DNA from: an uncultured Pelagibacteraceae bacterium
GTDB lineage: Bacteria > Pseudomonadota > Alphaproteobacteria > Pelagibacterales > Pelagibacteraceae
Reading direction: 5' to 3'
Assembly (NCBI GenBank): GCA_902576045.1
Contig: CACGTU010000005.1
Span: forward strand, 6,507-70,506
Length of the DNA: 64,000 bases
Shown piece after piece: positions 1 to 9,808 of the stretch. The notes beneath the pieces are model-generated. The model saw only the letters and a list, made by a program, of their open reading frames with translations, was not told where the DNA came from and made no database searches. Position 1 is the first letter of the stretch. Every line of letters begins with the position of its first letter. A program made the translations under genes and the position numbers.

Positions 1-647
1 TCAAAGCAGTTAAGGCATCACTATCAGAAAAAATATTATTTATATTTTTAATTTGTCTTGGAATTTTTGCTTTTACATTTTTTTTTTTACTAAAAAATAA
101 ATGCCTGTCAGTTAAAGAAGTAAATTTAGAAAAAGTAAATTTTCCTGATCCTGAAAATATAGCAATTATGAATGTTGAGTGTGGAAATGTGGTGATTGAA
201 TTATATCCTGAAATTTCACCTAACTCTGTTGAAAGATTTAAAACTTTAATTAACAAAGGCCTATATGATGGATCAGCTTTTTATAAAGTTATTGAAAATA
301 CTTTAGTGCAGGCAGGAGATTTAGAATATGGAAAAAAAGAATATTTAGATTATTCAAAAATAGGAAGTGGTAAATCAAAACTTGGAAGCCTTAAATCGGA
401 ACTGAATGATGATTTTGAGTTTACGGAAGGTAGTGTTGGATTTGCAAGATCAACCGAATTTAATACAGAGGATAGCGAGTTTTTTATTACACTAAAAGAA
501 ATACCTATTTATCAAGGTGAGTATACTCCACTAGGTAAAGTGATATATGGTTTAGATATTTTAGAGAAAATAAAAACAGGCAATAAAGCAATATACGTGC
601 TTAGGCCTGATTTTATTAATTCTTTTAAAATGTTAAATGCTAATTAA
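1..647 (+). CDS. Cyclophilin-type peptidyl-prolyl isomerase with N-terminal membrane anchor (5' truncated by window)
   Basis: Cyclophilin motifs (IELYPEISPNSVERF, YDGSAF, VQAGD, GSVGFARS, SEFFIT, YTPLGKV). The frame is open upstream of ATG168 to the window start and encodes a hydrophobic stretch (ILFIFLICLGIFAFTFFFLL). Confidence 0.85.
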   Translation, partial: KAVKASLSEKILFIFLICLGIFAFTFFFLLKNKCLSVKEVNLEKVNFPDPENIAIMNVECGNVVIELYPEISPNSVERFKTLINKGLYDGSAFYKVIENTLVQAGDLEYGKKEYLDYSKIGSGKSKLGSLKSELNDDFEFTEGSVGFARSTEFNTEDSEFFITLKEIPIYQGEYTPLGKVIYGLDILEKIKTGNKAIYVLRPDFINSFKMLNAN

Positions 648-2862
648 CCAAAGGTTTTCCAGTTAGAAGAGTATGTTTAATTCTATCCTGAGTTTGTTTT
701 GTTTCAATCAACCTCATAAAAGATTCTAATTCTAATTTATAAAGATCATCCTCTGATAAAGTCTTATCTAAATTTGTATCACCACCACTCAAAACATTAG
801 CAAGTTGTGTTCCAACATATATTCCATGATCTAGAATAATTTTTTCATTATATAATTTCTCTAAAATTTTAATCATCTTTTCTTTCAGAGGTTTTCCTGA
901 TAATTTAAATTTACACTCTTCTGGTGGAATAAAATCGTTATTTTGGTTTATAAGTTTTCTTGCCTCTTCAAAAAGACTATTTCTATTCATGATTTTTTTA
1001 TCTTCGGGTTTTAAATATTTTAAAGGTTCTGCCTCAACAGGTGACGTTGCGGTTTTTGCGTAGCCAATGATATCAAAAACCTTTAGAGGAGCATAATCAG
1101 GGTCTAATTTTGCTTCATCAGTTTTTGACCATCTCCACAACATCTCTTTACATCCACCACCGGCTGGAACTAATCCAACAATTGTTTCTACAAGACCAAC
1201 TACAATATTTGTATGAGATGCAACGAAGTTACTTTGAACTAAAACTTCAAAACCTCCACCCAAAGTAAGTCCAGATGGTGCCGACACTACCGGATGTTTT
1301 GAGTATTTCAAAGTTTTGCAAGTATCTTGGAAATATTTAATAAATTTTTCTATAGATTTAAAATCACCTTTGTCAGCAAAATTCATAGTGTAACTTAAAT
1401 TCACACCTGCAGAAAATTGCATACTTTCATTCATAACAATTAAAGGTTTATCGGTTGCATTTTTTAACGCATCCATAGAATCATAATCTAATGCACAAGC
1501 TTTTGTTGTAAATTCAACAATATTAAAATCTTTAAATCGGTGGATTTCTGCTGATTTATTTTTATCTACCTTTATTGCTGATGGTCTAATTTTTCCAAGT
1601 GTTTCAATATCAGTATAAAGCTGTCTTTCTCCATAAAAGTTCTCGTTTTTTGATTTTGACAAATTTTCTAAAAAATCATTATTTTCAAAATTATCAATCC
1701 TTGAAAAAAAGTTTTCTACACCAATAGATTTTAACATTTCGAAAGGACCCATAGCCCAATTGAAACCAAGTCTCATTGCTTCATCTATATCGTTAAACTT
1801 ATCTGTTATTCCTGGGACAAGAGATGATGCATATTTAATTATTTTAGAAATTACTTCCCAGGCATATTCCCCATATTTATCTTTTCGGTTAATTAAATTA
1901 TTTATATCTACAGTTTCAATTCCTAAGTCTATTTTTTTTGAGGATGTATATTCACCTGTTTCTAAATTAATAGCCTCTAGCACTTTTTGGTTATCGTTTT
2001 TATTCATTCTATAAAAACCACCTTTTCCTTTTCGACCTGTGTAACCAGTATCAATTAATTTTTTTACCAATGGAATTTCTTTTGCGACAATTTGAAATTC
2101 ATCTTTATCTGAAAGCTCTTTTATAAAACTTTTTAAAACATCAGCCATCAAATCGATTCCAATTAGGTCATATAAACCAAAAACACCAGTTTTAGGGATA
2201 CCCATTGGTCTACCAAAAACTGCATCTGCTTCTTCAATGGATAATTTCATTCTAAATGCTTCTGTCATAGCTACTTGCATTGCATAAACGCCGATTCTAT
2301 TTCCTAAGAAACCAGGAGTATCGTTGCAGACAATAGCTCCTTTGCCTAACTCAATTTCGCAAAATTTTTTAAGTGAATTTATTTTTTTTAAATCATTATT
2401 CTCATTTTTAACAATTTCTAATAGTCCCATGTATCTAACTGGGTTAAAGAAATGTGTTATACAAAAATCTTTTTTTTCCTCTTCAGTTAATTTTTTTGAC
2501 AAAACTTTTATTGGAATTGAAGAAGTGTTAGATGAGACGATTGCACCCTGTTTTCTATTCTTAAAAATTTTTTCATAAATATTGTGCTTGATATCAATTC
2601 TTTCGACAACTGCCTCAACAACCCAGTCAGCTTCTTTTACTACATCAAAATTTTCATTGATGTTTCCAACTTTAATATTTTCAATTTTTGTTTTATCCAA
2701 TAGTAAGGGTGGCCTCGATTTATGAATTCTATCCCTTGCTTTTTTAGATATTTCTGTTGTTAAATCTAAAAGAGTTACAGGTATATTGGCATTGCAAAGA
2801 TGTGCCGCAATTCCACTACCCATTGTACCAGATCCAATAACGACTACTTTTTTAATATCCAT
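640..2862 (-). CDS. fadN: 3-hydroxyacyl-CoA dehydrogenase / enoyl-CoA hydratase (FadN-type domain order)
   Basis: N-terminal GSGTMGSG Rossmann motif, SSNTSS, HFFNPVRY, DTPGF; C-terminal crotonase FSAGVNL and LGGGFE. Confidence 0.9.
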   Translation of the reverse strand: MDIKKVVVIGSGTMGSGIAAHLCNANIPVTLLDLTTEISKKARDRIHKSRPPLLLDKTKIENIKVGNINENFDVVKEADWVVEAVVERIDIKHNIYEKIFKNRKQGAIVSSNTSSIPIKVLSKKLTEEEKKDFCITHFFNPVRYMGLLEIVKNENNDLKKINSLKKFCEIELGKGAIVCNDTPGFLGNRIGVYAMQVAMTEAFRMKLSIEEADAVFGRPMGIPKTGVFGLYDLIGIDLMADVLKSFIKELSDKDEFQIVAKEIPLVKKLIDTGYTGRKGKGGFYRMNKNDNQKVLEAINLETGEYTSSKKIDLGIETVDINNLINRKDKYGEYAWEVISKIIKYASSLVPGITDKFNDIDEAMRLGFNWAMGPFEMLKSIGVENFFSRIDNFENNDFLENLSKSKNENFYGERQLYTDIETLGKIRPSAIKVDKNKSAEIHRFKDFNIVEFTTKACALDYDSMDALKNATDKPLIVMNESMQFSAGVNLSYTMNFADKGDFKSIEKFIKYFQDTCKTLKYSKHPVVSAPSGLTLGGGFEVLVQSNFVASHTNIVVGLVETIVGLVPAGGGCKEMLWRWSKTDEAKLDPDYAPLKVFDIIGYAKTATSPVEAEPLKYLKPEDKKIMNRNSLFEEARKLINQNNDFIPPEECKFKLSGKPLKEKMIKILEKLYNEKIILDHGIYVGTQLANVLSGGDTNLDKTLSEDDLYKLELESFMRLIETKQTQDRIKHTLLTGKPLVN

Positions 2863-2967
2863 AATTAGAGAACTTGTATTGAATTAACCAAAAACTTGAA
2901 ATAAGACAAATTTCCTGATTAATTAAATTTGTAAGCTATATAAATTAACACAATAATAAAGAGAAAA

Positions 2968-4095
2968 ATGTATAATTCAGTAATCGCTGGTTACTCTAGG
3001 TCTCCTTTTACGATGGCTAGTAAAGGAAACTTAATACATGTGAAACCTGTTAATCTTCTAGCTGAGGTAATCAAAAACCTAGTTTCTAAATCAAAAATTG
3101 ATCCTAACGACATTGAAGATGTAGTAATAGGGTGTGCTTTTCAAGTTGGAGAACAGTGTTTTAATATTGGAAGATTGGTAACTTTTTTATCAGATTTTGA
3201 TATTAGAGTACCAGGAATGACTGTAGATAGGTGGTGTGGTTCTTCAATGGAGGCAATTCATATTGCCGCTGGAAAAATAGCAATGGGATCAGGTAAAGCG
3301 TTTATATGTGGTGGAGTAGAAAGTATGACAAGAGTTAAAACTGGTTTTGATCCTCTACCCTATCCTTATTCAGATAAAGAAAAACAAAACCCAAATTTAT
3401 ATTTATCAATGGGAATTACTGCAGAAAATGTTGCAAAAAAATATAATATTTCAAGAACTGAGCAGCAAGAATTTGCTTTGGAAAGTCACAGAAAAGCAAA
3501 TGAAGCACAACAAAAAGAGAAATTTGTTGGTGAGATTACTAAAATAGATAATTGTGAAAAAGATGAGAATATTAGACCTAATAGCACAATAGAAAAATTA
3601 GATAGTTTAAAATTAGCGTTTGATCAAAATGGAACTGTAACTGCTGCAACTTCATCTCCTTTGACTGATGGGGCTGCTGCAACACTCATATGTGAAGAAA
3701 ATTTTGCTAAAGAAAATGGATTAGAAATTTTTGGAAGAATAAAATCTATTGCTGTTGAAGGTTGCGATCCAAAATTTATGGGATTGGGTCCAATTTCTGC
3801 TTCCAAAAAAGCTTTGAATAGAGCAAAACTTAGAATTGAGGATATAGATATTATTGAGTTAAATGAGGCTTTTGCTTCTCAGTCACTTGCTTGTATTAAA
3901 GATTTAAAAATCAATGAAAAAAAAGTGAATTTAGATGGAGGAGCTATTGCTTTGGGACATCCTTTAGGGGCAACTGGAGCAAGAATTACTGGTAAAGCTG
4001 CACAATTATTAAAAAGAGAGAATAAAAAATTTGCTCTATCTACTCAATGTATTGGTTTAGGGATGGGGATTGCAACTATAATTGAGTCTATTTAA
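2968..4095 (+). CDS. fadA: Acetyl-CoA C-acyltransferase (thiolase)
   Basis: DRWCGSS catalytic Cys, NEAFA, GHPLGATG, CIGLGMG; divergent from fadN. Confidence 0.92.
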   Translation: MYNSVIAGYSRSPFTMASKGNLIHVKPVNLLAEVIKNLVSKSKIDPNDIEDVVIGCAFQVGEQCFNIGRLVTFLSDFDIRVPGMTVDRWCGSSMEAIHIAAGKIAMGSGKAFICGGVESMTRVKTGFDPLPYPYSDKEKQNPNLYLSMGITAENVAKKYNISRTEQQEFALESHRKANEAQQKEKFVGEITKIDNCEKDENIRPNSTIEKLDSLKLAFDQNGTVTAATSSPLTDGAAATLICEENFAKENGLEIFGRIKSIAVEGCDPKFMGLGPISASKKALNRAKLRIEDIDIIELNEAFASQSLACIKDLKINEKKVNLDGGAIALGHPLGATGARITGKAAQLLKRENKKFALSTQCIGLGMGIATIIESI

Positions 4096-4098
4096 TTT

Positions 4099-4953
4099 TT
4101 ATCTATTAATTCCTCTTAATCTCTCAGATCTTCGTCTTAAAAGTTCAGCGCTAACAAGAATTAAAGTTGATAGAATAATTAAACAAGTTGCAACAGCCAA
4201 AATTGTTGGACTTAATTGTTCTCTAAGTCCAGTCCACATCTGAATTGGAATTGTCGTGTTTTCTAAACCTGCAAGGAACAACACAACCACCACTTCATCA
4301 AATGATGTTACAAATGCAAATAACCCACCTGAGATTACACCTGGTAGAATAAGTGGAAGTGTAATTTTCATAAAAGTATTTACAGGATTACTTCCAAGAC
4401 TCGAGGCTGCTCTTGTAACGCTGTGATCAAAACCTGTAAGAGTTGCAGTGACTGTTATAACTACAAATGGTGTTCCCAGAATAATATGTGCGAGTACAAT
4501 TCCAGTGTGTGTTGCGGCTAAACCAGCTTTTGCCATAAAGAAAAATATTGCAACACCAGAAATAATTAATGGAACGATCATCGGTGAAATTAAAGTTGCC
4601 ATGATAATTCCTTTATAAGGCATGTATCTACTGCTTAAACCTAATGCAGCTAGAGTTCCTAATATGATTGATCCTATCGTTGCAAAAATTGCAATGATGA
4701 AACTATTTTTTGCAGCTAAACCCCAGGGATTTTTAGTTCCATAGATCATGTCTTTATACCATCTTAATGAAAAAGCATCTGGATCTAGATTTTTCATACC
4801 CTCAGAGAAAACTAAAAATTCTTCTGCATTAAAAGATAATGGAAAAATTACAAATAATGGTGCTATTAAAAATATAAAAACACACGCACAAATAAATAAA
4901 TAGGAATAATGCCAAACTCTGTAACGTGTTTCTGTATATTTTGGTAAAGCCAT
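4099..4953 (-). CDS. potC: ABC transporter permease, PotC-like
   Basis: BPD_transp_1-type TM pattern, EAA-like RAASSLGS loop, TSFDEVVV; last gene of potADBC-like operon. Confidence 0.85.
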   Translation of the reverse strand: MALPKYTETRYRVWHYSYLFICACVFIFLIAPLFVIFPLSFNAEEFLVFSEGMKNLDPDAFSLRWYKDMIYGTKNPWGLAAKNSFIIAIFATIGSIILGTLAALGLSSRYMPYKGIIMATLISPMIVPLIISGVAIFFFMAKAGLAATHTGIVLAHIILGTPFVVITVTATLTGFDHSVTRAASSLGSNPVNTFMKITLPLILPGVISGGLFAFVTSFDEVVVVLFLAGLENTTIPIQMWTGLREQLSPTILAVATCLIILSTLILVSAELLRRRSERLRGINR

Positions 4954-4955
4954 AT

Positions 4956-6218
4956 TTATCCTAATTTAATGTTATCAACTCCAACTAATTTATTATAAAC
5001 CCAGTAAACTACTAAAACACCTGTCAGCAACATTAGTCCCATTGCAGATGCAAAACTCCAATCTAATGTTGTCTTCATGTGATAGGCAATTTGGTTACTA
5101 ATCAGTGTTCCAGAGGCTCCTCCAACTAATGCAGGGGTTATGTAATAACCAATTGCAAGAATAAATACTAATAAGCAACCAGCTCCAATACCTGGAATAG
5201 TTAATGGAAAGTATATTTTCCAAAAAGCAATAAATGGAGTTCCACCTAATGATTTGCCAGCTCTCATCAAGCTTGGTGAAATTGTTTTCATAACGCTATA
5301 AAGAGGAAGCACCATAAATGGCAATAAAATCTGGGTCATTGCAACGTAGGTACCTACTTTATTATACATCATCTCCGGCCTGTTATCGTCCGCAACAAGT
5401 CCTATCATTACAAAGAAATCATTAACTATCCCCTGCTGTTGCAATAAAATCATCCAGCTTGCAGTTCTTACCAGCAATGAAGTCCAGAACGGCAACAAAA
5501 CACAAATCATCAAAAGGTTGCTGTATTTCATAGGAAGTGTTGCAAGCAGATGTGCAATTGGATAGCCCATTAAAAAACTGAATAAAGTAACAAAGAAAGC
5601 AATTTCTAAAGTCCTTAACCATAAAATTCGATGAATTCTTCTGTCCTCCTCAACCTGCATGATATTTCCATCAGGACCATAATACATATCCATTCCTTTC
5701 AGATATTTTGCAGTTGTGTAAGGGGGTGCTGTTCTTTTTATCGCCTGCCAATATTCAACGTCTCTCCATCTTTTGTGAACTTTCATTATTTGTTCTTTAA
5801 TACTTTGCCCCTCGTCAATTTTATTTCTTTGAACTTGTCTAAATAGTTTTTTAATAATCGAATTAAATCCATTTTTTTCTTTATTTAATCTTTGGGCTAA
5901 CTTTCCGTGTTCTTTATTTTGAACTAAGATTTTAAAGTCTGAGTAAAATCCTGCGAAAACTTCCTCTGGAGGCATTTCTTTACCATCCCATTTTTCCATT
6001 GCAGTAAATGTTTTAGGTAACATGTTTGTTACCATCTTATCGTCTATGCTTCTCATAAACATATCACCAATGGGAAGTATGTAAGTAATAATTAAAAATA
6101 GTAATAAAGGTACGACTAGTAAAAAAGCTTTTATTTTATTTTTTCTTTCAGCTTTTTTCAAACTTACTGAAAGAGGTATACCATCTGTCGTTAAAATTTG
6201 TTGCGTTTCGCTGCTCAT
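4956..6218 (-). CDS. potB: ABC transporter permease, PotB-like, with large periplasmic loop
   Basis: LLPFWTSLLVRT, LPFMVLPLY, RAGKSLGG, GYYITPALVGG. Confidence 0.85.
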   Translation of the reverse strand: MSSETQQILTTDGIPLSVSLKKAERKNKIKAFLLVVPLLLFLIITYILPIGDMFMRSIDDKMVTNMLPKTFTAMEKWDGKEMPPEEVFAGFYSDFKILVQNKEHGKLAQRLNKEKNGFNSIIKKLFRQVQRNKIDEGQSIKEQIMKVHKRWRDVEYWQAIKRTAPPYTTAKYLKGMDMYYGPDGNIMQVEEDRRIHRILWLRTLEIAFFVTLFSFLMGYPIAHLLATLPMKYSNLLMICVLLPFWTSLLVRTASWMILLQQQGIVNDFFVMIGLVADDNRPEMMYNKVGTYVAMTQILLPFMVLPLYSVMKTISPSLMRAGKSLGGTPFIAFWKIYFPLTIPGIGAGCLLVFILAIGYYITPALVGGASGTLISNQIAYHMKTTLDWSFASAMGLMLLTGVLVVYWVYNKLVGVDNIKLG

Positions 6219-6248
6219 AAAAAAAGGGCGGCTATTAAACCGCCCTTA
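6219..6248 (-). terminator. Rho-independent terminator between the SBP gene and potB
   Basis: Minus strand AAGGGCGGT-TTAATA-GCCGCCCTT followed by a T-run that ends at the potB ATG. Confidence 0.8.
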
Positions 6249-6281
6249 AATATATATCTTATTTTTCTTTAAATTAAATTT

Positions 6282-7400
6282 TTAATTTAAAGTTGCTTTC
6301 ATTGCTTCCCATTTTTCACCAATCTCAGTGCCATTATCAGCCCAATAGAAAGGGTCAACTAGGAAGTAATTTTTAGTGTTAGAAGGAGCTGTTGGCATTT
6401 GAGGCATCATTTCTGTTTTGCCATCTTTGTACCAAGGCTCACCAGCTTTAATTATTTCAAGTGATGATTTTCTCCAAGGAGCATATGCAATATACTTAGC
6501 ACTTCCAGCTAACATTTCAGTGTTAGTCATCATTGCTAAAGCTTTCTTAGCATTCGCTTCATCTGGACCACCTTTAACAAGTGCGAAATATTCATAGTCA
6601 AGACCTTGACCATCCCATACTTGTTTGATCGGTGCACCTTCACCTATTTCAGCATTAAAGAATCTTCCGTTCCAGCCAGTTGCCATTACTACTTCACCTG
6701 AAACCAATAATTCTGGTGGTTGAGCACCAGCAGACCAAAATACACATCCTCCGTTTGGATCTGTGCAAAGTTTTTTGATCTTATTCATTGCTCTTTCAAC
6801 TCCACCATCTTGCTCAAGTCTTTTGTAGATTAGCTCTCCACCTTTACCCATTTTTACACCATCAGCAGCTAAAGCAATCTCTAAATTTGTTAAAGCGCTT
6901 GTGTAAATAGCTCTTTTGCCTGGGAATTTTTTTGTATTAAAGAAATCTTTAATAGTCTTTGGAGTACCTTTAACATTCTCAGTGTTATAAGCATAGTTCC
7001 ACGAATATAAAATATTTCCTACAGCACATTTACTAGGCATGCCTGTGAAGAAATCTTCACTTGCAGGTGTTCCATCTGGAGCAGCTGGGAAATCTTTGTC
7101 AAAATCGAATTCAACAAATAAACCTTCGTCACATCCGTTAATAGTATCGAATGCAAATAAGTCTATAATATCCCAAGTAATTGCTCCTGCTTCTTTTTGA
7201 GCTTTAATTTCTGATAATCCACCTGAGTAGTCTACCCAGTTGATCTCAATACCCAATTTTTTAGCAGTAGGATCACCATACCCTAACTTTTGAGACTCAG
7301 TATAAGCTCCACCCCAAGATGCAACCGTTACTGCATAAGAAGATGTAGTTACTGAAAGAACAAAAGAAATTGCAAGTAATAATTTACTTAGTTTTTTCAT
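6282..7400 (-). CDS. Periplasmic substrate-binding protein, PotD/SBP_bac_8 family (probably osmolyte-binding)
   Basis: Signal peptide, ASWGGAY, KKFPGKRA, GWNGRF; GGAGG RBS upstream. Confidence 0.88.
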   Translation of the reverse strand: MKKLSKLLLAISFVLSVTTSSYAVTVASWGGAYTESQKLGYGDPTAKKLGIEINWVDYSGGLSEIKAQKEAGAITWDIIDLFAFDTINGCDEGLFVEFDFDKDFPAAPDGTPASEDFFTGMPSKCAVGNILYSWNYAYNTENVKGTPKTIKDFFNTKKFPGKRAIYTSALTNLEIALAADGVKMGKGGELIYKRLEQDGGVERAMNKIKKLCTDPNGGCVFWSAGAQPPELLVSGEVVMATGWNGRFFNAEIGEGAPIKQVWDGQGLDYEYFALVKGGPDEANAKKALAMMTNTEMLAGSAKYIAYAPWRKSSLEIIKAGEPWYKDGKTEMMPQMPTAPSNTKNYFLVDPFYWADNGTEIGEKWEAMKATLN

Positions 7401-7446
7401 TTTTCCTCCGTTTAAACGTTAATATAAATAAATTTATATAACCAAA

Positions 7447-7479
7447 ATTACAACAAATAGGGCTGTTGAAGTCAACAGC
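7447..7479 (-). promoter_or_regulatory. Internal sigma70 promoter for the SBP gene, overlapped by an inverted repeat
   Basis: Minus strand TTGACT (7475-7470), 17 nt, TGTAAT (7452-7447); GCTGTTGA-AG-TCAACAGC at 7462-7479 covers the -35 box. Confidence 0.55.
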
Positions 7480-7508
7480 TCATTTTTACAATATATATAA
7501 AGTGTAAA

Positions 7509-8594
7509 TTATTTTGGATCTAATGCTCTAGCATCTTGGCTATTCCAGCCAATATTAATTTTATTGCCAAGTTTAATATCTAAATTTTTTGAACTGTTTG
7601 GAACTTTTAAAATAAATTCTGAATTGCCCAATAAATTTAATCTTACTCTTGTGTGATCTCCATGATAAATTACTTCTTCAATTGTTCCGGCGTGATTGTT
7701 ATCCATTTTGTTTTCAGGGTTTATTAAAGCTCTCTCTGGTCTTATTGAAACTGTTGTTCTATCCCCTTTTGATTTTACTGAAATTGGATTTGCAAGTATT
7801 TCTCCATGGCTTAATTTCACTTTACATGATCCGTTTGATAGATCGACAACTTCTCCGCCAAATGTATTGTTTTCTCCTATAAATTCTGCAACAAACGAAT
7901 TTACAGGTTCTTCATATAATTTATCTGGTGATGATAATTGCTGAACTTTTCCATCATTAAAAACTGCAATTCGATTTGACATTGTTAAAGCTTCACTTTG
8001 ATCATGTGTAACATATACAACTGTTACACCTATACTTTCGTGAATATGCTTAATTTCATATTGCATACTTTCTCTTAAATTTTTGTCTAACGCACCTAAT
8101 GGTTCGTCCATTAAAACAACAGCTGGATCAAAAACTAATGCTCTTGCAACAGCAACTCTTTGTTGCTGACCTCCTGAAAGCTGTGCGGGCATTCTATTTT
8201 CAAATCCAGATAGCGAAACCATTGATAAAGCTTTGTCGACTTTTTTATCTATATCGTCTTTAGAAATTTTTCTAACCTTTAGTGGAAATGCTAAATTTTC
8301 ATAAACTGTCATATGTGGAAACAATGCATAATTCTGAAATACCATTCCAATACCTCTTTTATGTGGAGGAATATTAGAAATTGGATTAGCGTCTAAATAA
8401 ATTTCACCGTTAGTAGGAGTTTCAAATCCTGCTAACATCATAAGACATGTTGTTTTACCTGAACCAGAAGGCCCAAGCATCGTAATAAATTCTCCTTCAG
8501 CAATATCTAAATTAAGATCTTTGACAACTAAAACTTTACCATCGTAACTTTTATCTACTTTATCGAACTTAACGAATTCTTGGTTTTTAGACAT
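7509..8594 (-). CDS. potA: ABC transporter ATP-binding protein, PotA-like
   Basis: GPSGSGKT, LSGGQQQR, LMDEP, C-terminal TOBE-like domain. Confidence 0.9.
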   Translation of the reverse strand: MSKNQEFVKFDKVDKSYDGKVLVVKDLNLDIAEGEFITMLGPSGSGKTTCLMMLAGFETPTNGEIYLDANPISNIPPHKRGIGMVFQNYALFPHMTVYENLAFPLKVRKISKDDIDKKVDKALSMVSLSGFENRMPAQLSGGQQQRVAVARALVFDPAVVLMDEPLGALDKNLRESMQYEIKHIHESIGVTVVYVTHDQSEALTMSNRIAVFNDGKVQQLSSPDKLYEEPVNSFVAEFIGENNTFGGEVVDLSNGSCKVKLSHGEILANPISVKSKGDRTTVSIRPERALINPENKMDNNHAGTIEEVIYHGDHTRVRLNLLGNSEFILKVPNSSKNLDIKLGNKINIGWNSQDARALDPK

Positions 8595-8638
8595 GAGCAG
8601 GATTTAAAACACTTGTAGGTATGATTTTCAATAGCTAA

Positions 8639-9808
8639 TTAACTCTTTATATGTAGCTCTTTTGGAAATTTGCAGAATAATTCAGAACCATTCTCCGTAA
8701 CTCTTATTGACTCTGATGCTTCAACACCCCAATCACCAAACTGCATTACAGCAATCATATGAAAACAAACATTTGGCTCAAGAACTGTCATATCACCTTT
8801 ATATATATTTAATGTATGTTCTCCCCAATCGGGTGGATAACCAATTCCAATTGAGTAACCAGTTCTAGATTTCTTTTCTATTCCATATTTGTCTAATACT
8901 TTCCAAAATTCTTGTGCAACATCATCAGCAGTGTTTCCTGGTTTTATAACGCTTATGCCTGCATTCAATGCCTCTATTGTTTTATTCATTGTATCAATTT
9001 TTAAGTGATTAGGTTTTCCAAGTAATACCGTTCTTGCCATAGGGGCATGGTATCTTTTATAAACACCAGATAATTCAACAATTGTTGCTTCCCCTTCTAC
9101 AAATTTATCTTGAGTTGCAGTCAAATGTGAAGCTGAAGTTCCTTTTCCAGTTGGAAGTAAAGTTGCAATACTTGAATATTCACCACCAAAATCCTCTGTT
9201 CCATAAAATAAAGTTTTTTGTATTTCACCAACAGCATCGCATTGCCTTACTCCTGGTTTTATAACTTCCATTGCTGTTTTCATACCTAGTTCTGATATTT
9301 TAGCAGCTGATTTCATAAAATTAATTTCGGTATCAGATTTTACTAACCTTGCCCAATTTACTAATCTATCGCTGTCTTTAATTTTAGCGTTGGGTAATCC
9401 TTGTTTTAATTTTTCATAACAGAACGCTGTGAAATAGTGGGCATCCATTTCAACTCCAATAGAAAGTTTATCCCAATTTTTCTCTTTAATTATTTCTACT
9501 AAATTATCGTAAGGATGTTTTGGCCATTTATGAATATAATTTTCATCATACACTAATACACTTTCATTTTTTAAATATGTTTTTATGTAAGCTCCTCCAG
9601 CATCCTGGGCTCTAACAAAACACAGAGGTTCTTCTGCATCTATGTGCACGATTGCACATTGGGCATAGTAAAAAGACCAAGCATCATAACCTGTTAAATA
9701 ATTCATATTATTGGTATCATGAGAAATTAAAAGATCGATACCTTTTTCTTGCATCATCTTTTTAACTTTATCTAATCTTTGTTTGTATTCTTCTTTTGAA
9801 AAGAGCAT
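8639..9808 (-). CDS. doeA: M24-family ectoine hydrolase (DoeA/EutD-like)
   Basis: NMNYLTGYDAWSFY, LVNWARLVKS, RTGYSIGIGYPPDWGEHT; adjacent to eutA-like gene. Confidence 0.8.
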   Translation of the reverse strand: MLFSKEEYKQRLDKVKKMMQEKGIDLLISHDTNNMNYLTGYDAWSFYYAQCAIVHIDAEEPLCFVRAQDAGGAYIKTYLKNESVLVYDENYIHKWPKHPYDNLVEIIKEKNWDKLSIGVEMDAHYFTAFCYEKLKQGLPNAKIKDSDRLVNWARLVKSDTEINFMKSAAKISELGMKTAMEVIKPGVRQCDAVGEIQKTLFYGTEDFGGEYSSIATLLPTGKGTSASHLTATQDKFVEGEATIVELSGVYKRYHAPMARTVLLGKPNHLKIDTMNKTIEALNAGISVIKPGNTADDVAQEFWKVLDKYGIEKKSRTGYSIGIGYPPDWGEHTLNIYKGDMTVLEPNVCFHMIAVMQFGDWGVEASESIRVTENGSELFCKFPKELHIKS

